NCBI GenBank assembly: GCA_965223905.1
Contig: CBDCXV010000009.1
Location: forward strand, 704,001-768,000
Direction: 5' to 3'
DNA: 64,000 nucleotides
Origin: Candidatus Latescibacterota bacterium
GTDB lineage: Bacteria; Latescibacterota; UBA2968; UBA8231
The notes below the pieces were generated by a model. The model saw only the letters and a list, made by a program, of their open reading frames with translations. It searched no databases and was not told the origin of the DNA. This document shows, in pieces, positions 39,434-47,834 of the stretch (position 1 is the first letter of the stretch; each line of letters opens with the position of its first letter). A program made the translations under genes and the position numbers.

Positions 39434-39820
39434 TTATCCGCCCATTTGCGCGATCCTTCGCGCCATCCAGGAGACATAGGCCGTACGGGTCATTTTGCGC
39501 CTCCGGGCCTCGGAGTCGATGAAGGAAGCCACCCCTTCGTCGAGGTTCAAATGGGCGCGCACGGTGCGGCCCGAGGGACGGATCAGGGGAATGGACACCA
39601 GCGCTTCTCCATCGAGGGGCTCGATGTCTTCGAGCGCGCTCGGGGCAGCCAGGGCCGCGCCGTCTTTTTCCGCTTCGATCGCACCATCCCGAAGCGCCTC
39701 TTCGGCATTCATCAGGGCCTCATCCATCGTCTTGCCCATGGCCGCGATGCCGGGAAGGTCCGGGAAGGTCACACCGTAGGCGCCTTTTTCGCCGTCGATC
39801 AGTGCAGGATATCGGATCAT
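39434..39820 (-). CDS. hicB: HicB-family antitoxin
   Basis: YGVTFPDLPG...GKTMDEALMNAEEAL plus C-terminal RHH-like segment. Confidence 0.9.
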   Translation of the reverse strand: MIRYPALIDGEKGAYGVTFPDLPGIAAMGKTMDEALMNAEEALRDGAIEAEKDGAALAAPSALEDIEPLDGEALVSIPLIRPSGRTVRAHLNLDEGVASFIDSEARRRKMTRTAYVSWMARRIAQMGG

Positions 39821-39844
39821 GGTCTCTCTTGTTTCCTTGGCCGC

Positions 39845-40036
39845 TTATTTGTCCACCCAACCGGCCTTCTTTGCAATGGAACGGGCCACTCCAGGCGACA
39901 GCTTGCTGTGTCTTGGCAAGGTGATTATGCCCTTGATGAGGGGATGCCGATAAATGTCATGTCCGCCACCGTGGCGCACCATATACCAACCTTCTTTCTC
40001 CAATTTCCTTTTGATCAGGCTGGTCCTGGTTTCCAT
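39845..40036 (-). CDS. hicA: HicA-family mRNA interferase toxin
   Basis: 63 aa basic protein, LEKEGW...GGHDIYRHP...LPRH...SIAKKAG; upstream of hicB. Confidence 0.9.
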   Translation of the reverse strand: METRTSLIKRKLEKEGWYMVRHGGGHDIYRHPLIKGIITLPRHSKLSPGVARSIAKKAGWVDK

Positions 40037-40123
40037 CTTCGTGGTCCGATATGCGTACATATATGCACATTTCGGGAGCCAATGCCAATGTTGTCCATAT
40101 AATCCACTTCAGGAGTTCGGGAG

Positions 40124-40180
40124 AATACCCTGCCGCCGCGGGACCAGCCCGTCCTCGAAGAGCGGGACGGCATTCGCTGA
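40124..40180 (+). pseudogene. 3' remnant of a VapB-type antitoxin
   Basis: ...LPPRDQPVLEERDGIR* resembles VapB C-termini and overlaps vapC by TGATG; frame closed upstream by TAA with no start codon. Confidence 0.6.
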
Positions 40181-40578
40181 TGTACATGCTGGATACCAAC
40201 ATCTGCATCTACGTCATCAACGAGCGCGACGAGGCCCTGCGCGAACGGTTCGAAGCACACGCGGCGGAGATCTGCATCTCCTCGATCACCTACGCGGAGC
40301 TTTGCTACGGGGTCGCCAATTCGGAACGCGTCGAGGAAAACAGGCGGATGCTGGAGGATTTTCGTCACGATCTGGCGATTCTTCCGTTCGGCGCCGATGC
40401 CGCGGCGCATTACGGCGAGATTCGCCAGGCGCTCAGGCAGCGCGGCAGGCCGATCGGTGCGAACGATCTCTTCATTGCGGCGCATGCCCGCAGTCTGGAC
40501 GCGGCTCTGGTTACGAACGATCCGGGGGAGTTCGGGCGCGTGCCGAAACTGCGGGTGGAGAACTGGTCCCGGTCGTAA
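40180..40578 (+). CDS. vapC: VapC PIN-domain toxin
   Basis: MYMLDTNICIY, SSITYAEL, IGANDLFIAAHA and LVTND..EF.RV..L.VENW. Confidence 0.92.
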   Translation: MYMLDTNICIYVINERDEALRERFEAHAAEICISSITYAELCYGVANSERVEENRRMLEDFRHDLAILPFGADAAAHYGEIRQALRQRGRPIGANDLFIAAHARSLDAALVTNDPGEFGRVPKLRVENWSRS

Positions 40579-40752
40579 CCCCCTGCCTCCGCCGAGGTGT
40601 GACTGGTCCGCGCGGACGGTCAGCACCGCCTGTCTTCACCGGGAATGATACCGCGCATGAACTGGTCGGACAGGGGCAACCGTGAAGGAGGTATCACCGT
40701 CCAGGGCCGCGACCGCAGGCGCTGGAGTGCCGGCATGCAGGAACCGCCCGGG

Positions 40753-40781
40753 TTGCGGAACGTCAGCGGTCCGGGTATGTT
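40753..40781 (+). promoter_or_regulatory. Putative sigma70 promoter of the cus operon
   Basis: TTGCGG-N17-TATGTT ending 19 nt before the ATG at 40801. Confidence 0.5.
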
Positions 40782-40800
40782 GCGACAAATCGGAACTGAA

Positions 40801-41181
40801 ATGAGAATCGCCCGAGCCATCGCGCTGGCAGCGCTCGTCGCCGCCCTGCCGGCTTCCAGCTTCGCCCTGGAGGGGTACTGCCTCCACTGCGCGCAGGTGG
40901 AGACCGTCCCAGGCTGCCACCCGCAGCAGGCCGACGACCGGCCGCAGCTTCGGGCCGACTGCTTCTGCTGCGCCGCCCTGGCCTGCGCCGAGGATTCGCA
41001 GCCTTCCTCCGAGCCGGGCCACAGCTATCTGCCCGCGGCCAAGGCCCCGGCCGTTGCGCTCGCCGCCAAGGCTCCGGAACGCGCTCCCCGGGCGGCAACG
41101 CCGCGCCCCTCCGGAATTCGCCCCCCGCTGCATCCCGCCACAGTTCCCCTCTACGTCCTCCACGACGTCTACTTGATCTGA
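40801..41181 (+). CDS. Cys-rich exported leader protein upstream of cusC (DUF2946/CutF/CruR-like architecture)
   Basis: Signal peptide; CLHC, CH and CFCC; Pro/Arg-rich tail RPP...LYVLHDVYLI. Confidence 0.7.
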   Translation: MRIARAIALAALVAALPASSFALEGYCLHCAQVETVPGCHPQQADDRPQLRADCFCCAALACAEDSQPSSEPGHSYLPAAKAPAVALAAKAPERAPRAATPRPSGIRPPLHPATVPLYVLHDVYLI

Positions 41182-41339
41182 TCCTCCTCCGCTCTCGTCG
41201 CGCCGCCGCGGCCGATGCAGAGCGCAACAAGTGAAGCGCAGGCCGGTCCTGCCCCGAAGGCCGGGCCGCGAGTCCTGCGCATTGCCGCGCGTACCGGTCT
41301 ACCCGGCGCGCGGGCCGTTCGCCTTTTTCAGGAGGAGGA
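41182..41339 (+). promoter_or_regulatory. Structured intergenic RNA whose anti-SD pairs with the cusC ribosome-binding site
   Basis: TCCTCCTCC (41182-41190) is the exact complement of GGAGGAGGA (41331-41339); three internal hairpins. Confidence 0.65.
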
Positions 41340-41341
41340 AG

Positions 41342-42601
41342 ATGCACCGAAGAATCATTGCCGCCGCGGCGCTGGCGCTGGCCGCGTCCGCAGGCGCCGA
41401 ACCACCCGAGCTCGACTTCGAGCGCCTGATCGAGGAGGCCCTGGCCGCGAATCCCGGGCTGAAGGCGCTCGAGCACCGGACAGCCGCGGCCGAGGCCAGG
41501 GTCCCGGCGGCCGGGGCGCTGCAGGACCCGTCGCTGCGGCTGGAGCTGAGCAACGTCCCTTTCAGTCCCCTCGACCTCGACGGCTCGCCGATGAGCGGCC
41601 GCCAGGTAACCCTGTCCCAGAAGCTCCCCTACCCGGGCAAACGCAAAGCCCGGGAACGCGCCGCCTCCCACGCCGCCGAGGCCGTTGCAGCCGCCCACCG
41701 GGAGCGCGAGCTGACCGTGGCCAACATGGTGAAGCAGGCCTATTACGAGCTCGCCTTCCTCGACCGGGCGATAGCCATCGCCGAGAGGAACCGGTCTCTG
41801 CTGAAGGATTTCGTCCGCATCGCGCAGAGCAAGTACTCGGTCGCCCGCGGCCCGCAGCAGGACGTGCTCAAGGCGCAGGTGTCGCTGTCGAGCCTGCGCG
41901 GCCGCCTGTTGATGCTGGAACGGCAACGGCGGCGGACTGGCGCCCGACTGAATGCGGTGCTGAACCGGCCCCCGGGCGAGCCAGTGGGCAGGACGCCCCC
42001 GATCGAGCCGACCCCTTTCGACATCGACGCGGGCCGGCTGCGGGAGATCGCCCAGGGGGAGCGGCCACTGCTGAACGGCCTGCGCGCTCGGCGAGACCGC
42101 TGGCGCGCCACCGAGGAGTTGGCGGTCCGGGAACGCCGCCCGGACTTCCAGGTCAGCGCCGCCTGGCGCCAGCGCGGCTTCAGGGAGGATCCGGTGGCGG
42201 GAAGCGACTTCTTCTCCGCCGGCGTAGTGCTGAACCTGCCGGTCTACCAGGGGCGCAGGCAGGACCGGGAGATCGCCGCGGCGCGGGCCGAGGTCAGGGC
42301 GGCCGAGGCGGAGCTCGAGGCGGAAAGCCGGGAGCTGGCGCTGCAGATCGAGCAGTTGCGGATCGACGCCGAGACCCACCTGCGGGAGATGGCGCTGTTC
42401 CGCGACGCGATCATCCCCCAGGCCGACCAGTCGCTGGCCGCGGCCATCGCCGGCTACCAGGTCGACGAGGTCGACTTCCTCACCCTGCTGGACAGCCAGG
42501 TAACCCTGCTGAATTTCGAGATCGACTACTACCGCCACCTGTCGCAATACGAGAAGACCCTGGCGCAGCTGGAGTCCGTCGTGGGCAGGAGGATCTTCTG
42601 A
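41342..42601 (+). CDS. cusC: Heavy-metal efflux outer-membrane factor (TolC/CusC/CzcC-like)
   Basis: Signal peptide; SQKLPYPGKR, QQDVLKAQV and YQVDEVDFLTLLDSQ; precedes cusB and cusA. Confidence 0.82.
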   Translation: MHRRIIAAAALALAASAGAEPPELDFERLIEEALAANPGLKALEHRTAAAEARVPAAGALQDPSLRLELSNVPFSPLDLDGSPMSGRQVTLSQKLPYPGKRKARERAASHAAEAVAAAHRERELTVANMVKQAYYELAFLDRAIAIAERNRSLLKDFVRIAQSKYSVARGPQQDVLKAQVSLSSLRGRLLMLERQRRRTGARLNAVLNRPPGEPVGRTPPIEPTPFDIDAGRLREIAQGERPLLNGLRARRDRWRATEELAVRERRPDFQVSAAWRQRGFREDPVAGSDFFSAGVVLNLPVYQGRRQDREIAAARAEVRAAEAELEAESRELALQIEQLRIDAETHLREMALFRDAIIPQADQSLAAAIAGYQVDEVDFLTLLDSQVTLLNFEIDYYRHLSQYEKTLAQLESVVGRRIF

Positions 42602-42780
42602 TGCTCGCCGGCAAACCATTTCTCGCGAAGGGGCCGGTGCAGTACGGACTCGCTGGGCTGCACTTCCCCGGCGGGTGCCCAACCACTCACCGGTTGCCCG
42701 CCATGCGAGCCGGGCGCCCCGGCGCCCTGGTCGGGCGCGAGTACCTGCTGCTGCGAGCACTGAGGGAGCGAAGATCATGA
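42601..42780 (+). CDS. Putative 59-aa small ORF bridging cusC and cusB
   Basis: ATG overlaps the cusC stop (TGATG) and its TGA overlaps the cusB start (ATGA); no recognisable family. Confidence 0.35.
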   Translation: MLAGKPFLAKGPVQYGLAGLHFPGGCPTTHRLPAMRAGRPGALVGREYLLLRALRERRS

Positions 42781-44156
42781 AGAACACCACGTGGAAATAC
42801 GGGATCGCCGTCGTCCTGTCGCTGGCCGCCGGGCTCGGTCTCGGCCTGTGGCTGGGGGGCGCATTCGAAATGCAGACGTACGCCCAACATGAGGAAGCCT
42901 CCGTGTACCGCTGTCCCATGCACCCGACCGTGGTCTCCGACGGTCCGGGCAGCTGCCCGGTCTGCGGCATGGACCTGGTGGCCGACGAGCCGGCCGGAGG
43001 CAGCGCATCCGGAGGCGAACGCGTCATCGCGTACTGGCGGGCGCCGATGGACCCGTCGTACACCTCCCCGGAGCCGGGAAAGTCGCCGATGGGAATGGAC
43101 TTGGTGCCGGTGTACGAGGACGAGCTCCAGGCCGAGGGCACGGTGACCATCGATCCGGCGACGGTGCAGAACATCGGGGTGAAGACCGCGGCGGTGGAGC
43201 GCCGGATTCTGCACCGCACCCTGCGCACCGTCGGCCGCGTCGACTACGACGAGACGCGCATGACCGACGTCAACACCAAGATCGCCGGCTGGGTGGAGAA
43301 GCTGTTCGTCGACTACACCGGGCAGATGGTCGGGAAGGGAGAGCCGCTGCTGCAGATCTACAGCCCGGAGCTGGTGGCGGCCCAGGAGGAGTTCCTGACC
43401 GCCGTCGACTACAGCGAGCGCCTGCGGGCCGGCGCGGAGGGCGACGCCCTTGCGGGCGCGCGCGACCTGCGGTCGGCGTCGCTGCAGCGGCTGCGCTACT
43501 GGGACATCAGCGACCGGCAGATCGAGGCGCTGCGGGAGACGGGGAAGGTGCGGCGCACCATGACCGTGCACTCCCCGCAGCAGGGGACCGTGGTTCACAA
43601 GGGGGTGTTCGACGGCCAGCACATCGCCCGGGGGCAGCACCTCTACCGCATCGCCGAGCTGTCGCGGGTCTGGGTGTACGCCGACATCTACGAGTACGAG
43701 CTGCCGTGGGTGCGGGAGGGGCAGGAGGCCGAGGTCGAGCTCTCCTACCTGCCCGGGAAGACCTTCACCGGCAAGGTCACCTACGTCTATCCGTTTCTCG
43801 AGGCGAAGACCCGCACCGTGAAGGTGCGCATGGCCTTCCCCAACCCCGGACTCGAGCTGAAGCCGGGGATGTACGCCAACGTCACCATCCGCTCGCCGCT
43901 GCCGGCCGAGAGCGTCGTCGCGGTTCCGGTGCAGGCGGTGATCCACTCCGGGCCGCGCTACGTCGCCGTCGTCAGCCTCGGGGAGGGCCGCTTCCAGCCG
44001 CGCGACATCCGCGTCGGGGCCGAGGCCGGCGGCTTCTACGAGGTGCTCGAGGGCCTCCGCGAAGGGGAGCGGATCGTCACCTCGGCGCAGTTCCTGATCG
44101 ACTCGGAGAGCAACCTGAAGGCCGCGGTCGGCTCCATGCGGGAGGGTTCGTCATGA
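42777..44156 (+). CDS. cusB: CusB-family heavy-metal efflux adaptor with N-terminal metal-binding domains
   Basis: YRCPMHP...CPVCGMDLV, YWRAPMDP...KSPMGMDLVP, LKPGMYA and QFLIDSES. Confidence 0.9.
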   Translation: MKNTTWKYGIAVVLSLAAGLGLGLWLGGAFEMQTYAQHEEASVYRCPMHPTVVSDGPGSCPVCGMDLVADEPAGGSASGGERVIAYWRAPMDPSYTSPEPGKSPMGMDLVPVYEDELQAEGTVTIDPATVQNIGVKTAAVERRILHRTLRTVGRVDYDETRMTDVNTKIAGWVEKLFVDYTGQMVGKGEPLLQIYSPELVAAQEEFLTAVDYSERLRAGAEGDALAGARDLRSASLQRLRYWDISDRQIEALRETGKVRRTMTVHSPQQGTVVHKGVFDGQHIARGQHLYRIAELSRVWVYADIYEYELPWVREGQEAEVELSYLPGKTFTGKVTYVYPFLEAKTRTVKVRMAFPNPGLELKPGMYANVTIRSPLPAESVVAVPVQAVIHSGPRYVAVVSLGEGRFQPRDIRVGAEAGGFYEVLEGLREGERIVTSAQFLIDSESNLKAAVGSMREGSS

Positions 44157-47100
44157 TAGGGCGCGTCATCGAAGCCTGCATCCGCAACAAGCTGTTGACC
44201 CTGCTGCTGACCCTGCTTGCGGCCGGCGCCGGGCTCTACGCCGTGGCCGACACCCCCCTCGACGCCATCCCCGACCTGTCGGACGTGCAGGTGATCATCT
44301 TCACCGAGTACCCGGGGCAGGCCCCCCAGGTGGTCGAGGACCAGGTGACCTTTCCGCTGAGCACGGCGATGCTGGCGGTGCCGTTCGCCAGGGCAGTGAG
44401 GGGGTACTCCTTCTTCGGGCTCTCCTTCGTCTACGTCATCTTCGAGGACGGCACCGACATGTACTGGGCGCGCAGCCGGGTGCTGGAATACCTCAATTAC
44501 GCCGGCGACCGGCTGCCGTCCGGGGTGCGGCCGCGGCTGGGTCCGGACGCGACCGGGGTCGGCTGGGTGTACGAGTACGCCCTCGTCGACACCAGCGGCC
44601 GCCGCGACCTCGCGGAGCTGCGCTCGATCCAGGACTGGTACCTGCGCTACGAGCTGACCAGCGTGCCCGGGGTCGCCGAGGTGGCGAGCATCGGCGGCTT
44701 CGTCAAGCAGTACCAGGTGACCGTCGACCCCAACAAGCTGGTGGCCTACGGGATTCCCCTGCAGCAGGTCGGGGCCGCGATCCGGCGCAGCAACAACGAT
44801 GTCGGCGGCCGCCTCATCGAGCTGGCGGAGACCGAGTTCATGGTGCGCGGGCTCGGGTACATCGAGTCGCTCGAGGACATCCGCAACGTGCCGGTGAGCG
44901 CCGGCCTCTCCGGGACCCCGGTGCGGGTGCGGGACGTCGCCACCGTGTCGGTCGGGCCGGAGCTGCGCCGCGGCCTGGCGGAGTGGAACGGCGAAGGGGA
45001 AGTCGCCGGGGGCATCGTGGTGATGCGCTACGGCGAGAACGCGCTGGAGGTGATCGACGCGGTCAAGGAGAAGCTCGCCGCGCTCGAGGCCGGGCTGCCG
45101 GAGGGGGTGGTGGTGGAGACCGCCTACGACCGCTCCGGCCTCATCCGCCGCGCCGTCGGCCACCTGCAAGAGAAGCTGATCGAGGAGTGCCTGGTGGTGG
45201 CCGCGGTATGCGCGCTCTTCCTCCTCCACTTCCGCAGCGCCTTCGCCGCGGTCTTCACCCTGCCCGTCGGCATCCTCGTCTCCTTCATCGTCATGTGGGG
45301 CCAGGGGATCAACGCCAACATCATGTCCCTCGGGGGGATCGCCATCGCCGTCGGCGCCATGGTCGACGCCGGCATCGTGCAGATCGAGAACGCCCACCGG
45401 CATCTCGAGCGCGACCGCGGCCGCAAGGGCCACTGGGAAATCATCGCCGACGCCTCCAAGGAGGTGGGGCCGGCCCTGTTCTACTCGCTGCTGATCGTCA
45501 CCCTGTCCTTCCTGCCGGTGTTCACATTGGAGCAGCAGGAAGGGCGGCTGTTCAAGCCGCTGGCCTACACCAAGACCTACGCCATGGCGGCCGCGGCCAT
45601 CCTGTCGATCACCGTGGTGCCGGTGCTGATCGGCTTCTGCCTGCGCGGCCGCATCGTGCGCGAAGAGCGCAACCCCCTCAACCGTTTCCTGGTCCGGGGG
45701 TACGTGCCGGTCCTCGGCTGGCTGCTGCGCCACAAGGCGGCCGTGCTGGCCGCCGCCGCGGCGGTGGTGTTCGTGTCGCTGTTTCCCTTCCGCAGCGCCG
45801 TCGCCGACCGTTTCGCCGACCGGCCCGGAAGCTTCGCGCACCAGGCGCTCCAGCGCCTGCAGCGGCTGTTTCCCCTCGAGATGATCGGATCGGAGTTCAT
45901 GCCGCCGCTGTACGAGGGGGACCTGCTCTACATGCCGACGACCCTCCCGGGGGTGTCGGTCTCCAAGGCGCGGGAGCTGCTGCAGCAGACCGACCGGATC
46001 ATCCGCAGCTTCCCCGAAGTGGAGAACGTTTTCGGCAAGGTCGGCCGCGCCGAGACCGCCACCGACCCGGCGCCGCTGTCGATGATCGAGACCACCATCA
46101 CCCTGCGGCCGCAGGAGGAGTGGCGGCCGGGCATGACCCCGGAGAAGCTGGTCGAGGAGCTCGACGCCGCGGTCCGCTTTCCCGGCCTCACCAACTCCTG
46201 GACCATGCCGATCAAGACGCGCATCGATATGCTCTCGACCGGCATCAAGACCCCCGTCGGCATCAAGGTCGCGGGGGACGATCTCCAAACGCTCGAGGAG
46301 GTCGGCCGGCGGATCGAGCAGGTGATGCGCGAGATCCCCGGCACCGCCAGCGTTTACGCCGAGCGGGTCGCCGGAGGCAACTACATCGACTTCGAGATCG
46401 ACCGCGAGGAGGCGGCCCGCTACGGGCTGACGGTCGGCGACGTGCAGGACGTGATCCTGTCGGCGATGGGGGGCGTCAACGTCACCTACACCGTCGAGGG
46501 GCGCGAGCGTTACCCGGTAAACCTCCGCTACGGGCGCGAGCTGCGCGACAACCTGCCGGCTCTCCAACGGGTGCTGGTGGCCACGCCGTCCGGGGCGCAG
46601 GTGCCGATGGCGCAGCTCGCCGACCTGCGCATCCGCAAGGGGCCGCCCGGCATCAAGAGCGAGAACGCGCGCCTCAACGCCTGGGTCTACGTCGACATCC
46701 GCGACGCCGACGTCGGTACCTATGTCGAGCGGGCGCGGCAGGTCGTCGGCGAGCAGGTCGACCTGCCGCCGGGAACCAGCCTGGTCTGGAGCGGCCAGTA
46801 CGAATACATGGAGAGGGCGCAGCGGCGGCTGAGCATCGTCGTTCCGGTAACCCTTGCCATCATCTTCCTGCTCCTGTATCTCAACTTCCGCAGCGTCACC
46901 GAGAGCCTGATCGTCATGTTCACCCTGCCTTTCGCCCTGGTCGGGGGGATCTGGTTCATCTACCTGCTCGGCTACAACATGAGCGTCGCCGTCGGCGTCG
47001 GGTTCATCGCCCTCGCCGGGGTGAGCGCCGAGCTCGGAGTGGTCATGCTGACCTACCTCGACCAGGCGCTGGAGAGCCGCCGCAGGGACGGCCGGCTCGA

Positions 47101-47401
47101 CAGCTCCGGCGATCTCGTTGCCGCGGTTATTGAGGGCGCATCGAGAAGGGTGCGGCCGATCTTCATGACCGTCGGCTCGACGGTCGGCGGCCTGCTGCCG
47201 ATCATGTGGGCCTCGGGAACCGGGTCCCAGGTGATGAAGCGGATAGCGGCCCCGATGGTCGGGGGGCTGGCGACCGCCACCCTGCTCGTACTGCTGGTGC
47301 TGCCGGCCGTTTACGCTCTGTGGCGCGGCCTTGAGTTGCGCGCCGGCACGAAACCGACAACTGATACACACACCCACAAGGAAGGAGTCAGTGCATCATG
47401 A
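44153..47401 (+). CDS. cusA: CusA/SilA Cu(I)/Ag(I) RND permease
   Basis: LDAIPDLSDVQVII, GPDATGVGWVYEY, EFMPPLYEGDLLYMP, WTMPIKTRIDMLSTG (Met triad) and MKRIAAPMVGG. Confidence 0.95.
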   Translation: MIGRVIEACIRNKLLTLLLTLLAAGAGLYAVADTPLDAIPDLSDVQVIIFTEYPGQAPQVVEDQVTFPLSTAMLAVPFARAVRGYSFFGLSFVYVIFEDGTDMYWARSRVLEYLNYAGDRLPSGVRPRLGPDATGVGWVYEYALVDTSGRRDLAELRSIQDWYLRYELTSVPGVAEVASIGGFVKQYQVTVDPNKLVAYGIPLQQVGAAIRRSNNDVGGRLIELAETEFMVRGLGYIESLEDIRNVPVSAGLSGTPVRVRDVATVSVGPELRRGLAEWNGEGEVAGGIVVMRYGENALEVIDAVKEKLAALEAGLPEGVVVETAYDRSGLIRRAVGHLQEKLIEECLVVAAVCALFLLHFRSAFAAVFTLPVGILVSFIVMWGQGINANIMSLGGIAIAVGAMVDAGIVQIENAHRHLERDRGRKGHWEIIADASKEVGPALFYSLLIVTLSFLPVFTLEQQEGRLFKPLAYTKTYAMAAAAILSITVVPVLIGFCLRGRIVREERNPLNRFLVRGYVPVLGWLLRHKAAVLAAAAAVVFVSLFPFRSAVADRFADRPGSFAHQALQRLQRLFPLEMIGSEFMPPLYEGDLLYMPTTLPGVSVSKARELLQQTDRIIRSFPEVENVFGKVGRAETATDPAPLSMIETTITLRPQEEWRPGMTPEKLVEELDAAVRFPGLTNSWTMPIKTRIDMLSTGIKTPVGIKVAGDDLQTLEEVGRRIEQVMREIPGTASVYAERVAGGNYIDFEIDREEAARYGLTVGDVQDVILSAMGGVNVTYTVEGRERYPVNLRYGRELRDNLPALQRVLVATPSGAQVPMAQLADLRIRKGPPGIKSENARLNAWVYVDIRDADVGTYVERARQVVGEQVDLPPGTSLVWSGQYEYMERAQRRLSIVVPVTLAIIFLLLYLNFRSVTESLIVMFTLPFALVGGIWFIYLLGYNMSVAVGVGFIALAGVSAELGVVMLTYLDQALESRRRDGRLDSSGDLVAAVIEGASRRVRPIFMTVGSTVGGLLPIMWASGTGSQVMKRIAAPMVGGLATATLLVLLVLPAVYALWRGLELRAGTKPTTDTHTHKEGVSAS

Positions 47402-47834
47402 AACGCTTCGATTCGCCGCCATCCTCGCCCTCGCCCTGCCGGTCGCAGCGGCCGGCAGCCCATCCGGGGCGACCGAGGAGACCGCCGTCGATACGGCTTC
47501 CATGCAGGGAGAGATCGTCGACATCGCCTGCTACTTCCGCCACGACTCCAGCGGGCCGGAGCACACCAAGTGCGCCGTCTACTGCGCCAACCTCGGGATG
47601 CCCCTGGCCTTCCTCGAGGAGGAGACGGGCAACCTCTTCGTCGTGCTGCCCTCCGGGCACGCGGACCCGAAGGAAGTTGTGCTGCCGCACCTCGGCCAGG
47701 CTGTGAGCGTCGAGGGGATCCTGTGGTCCTCGGGAGGCCTGACCGGGATCGAGATCATGGAGATTCAACCTGCCGGGGAGGCCGGTGCCGACCCGGCGGA
47801 AGGGGAGATGGAGGGAGGGCACAGTGAACACTAA
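47391..47834 (+). CDS. Exported Cys/His putative metal-binding protein
   Basis: GTG after GAAGGAG; signal peptide; GEIVDIACY...HTKCAVYC...GMPL; His-containing acidic tail. Confidence 0.72.
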   Translation: MHHETLRFAAILALALPVAAAGSPSGATEETAVDTASMQGEIVDIACYFRHDSSGPEHTKCAVYCANLGMPLAFLEEETGNLFVVLPSGHADPKEVVLPHLGQAVSVEGILWSSGGLTGIEIMEIQPAGEAGADPAEGEMEGGHSEH

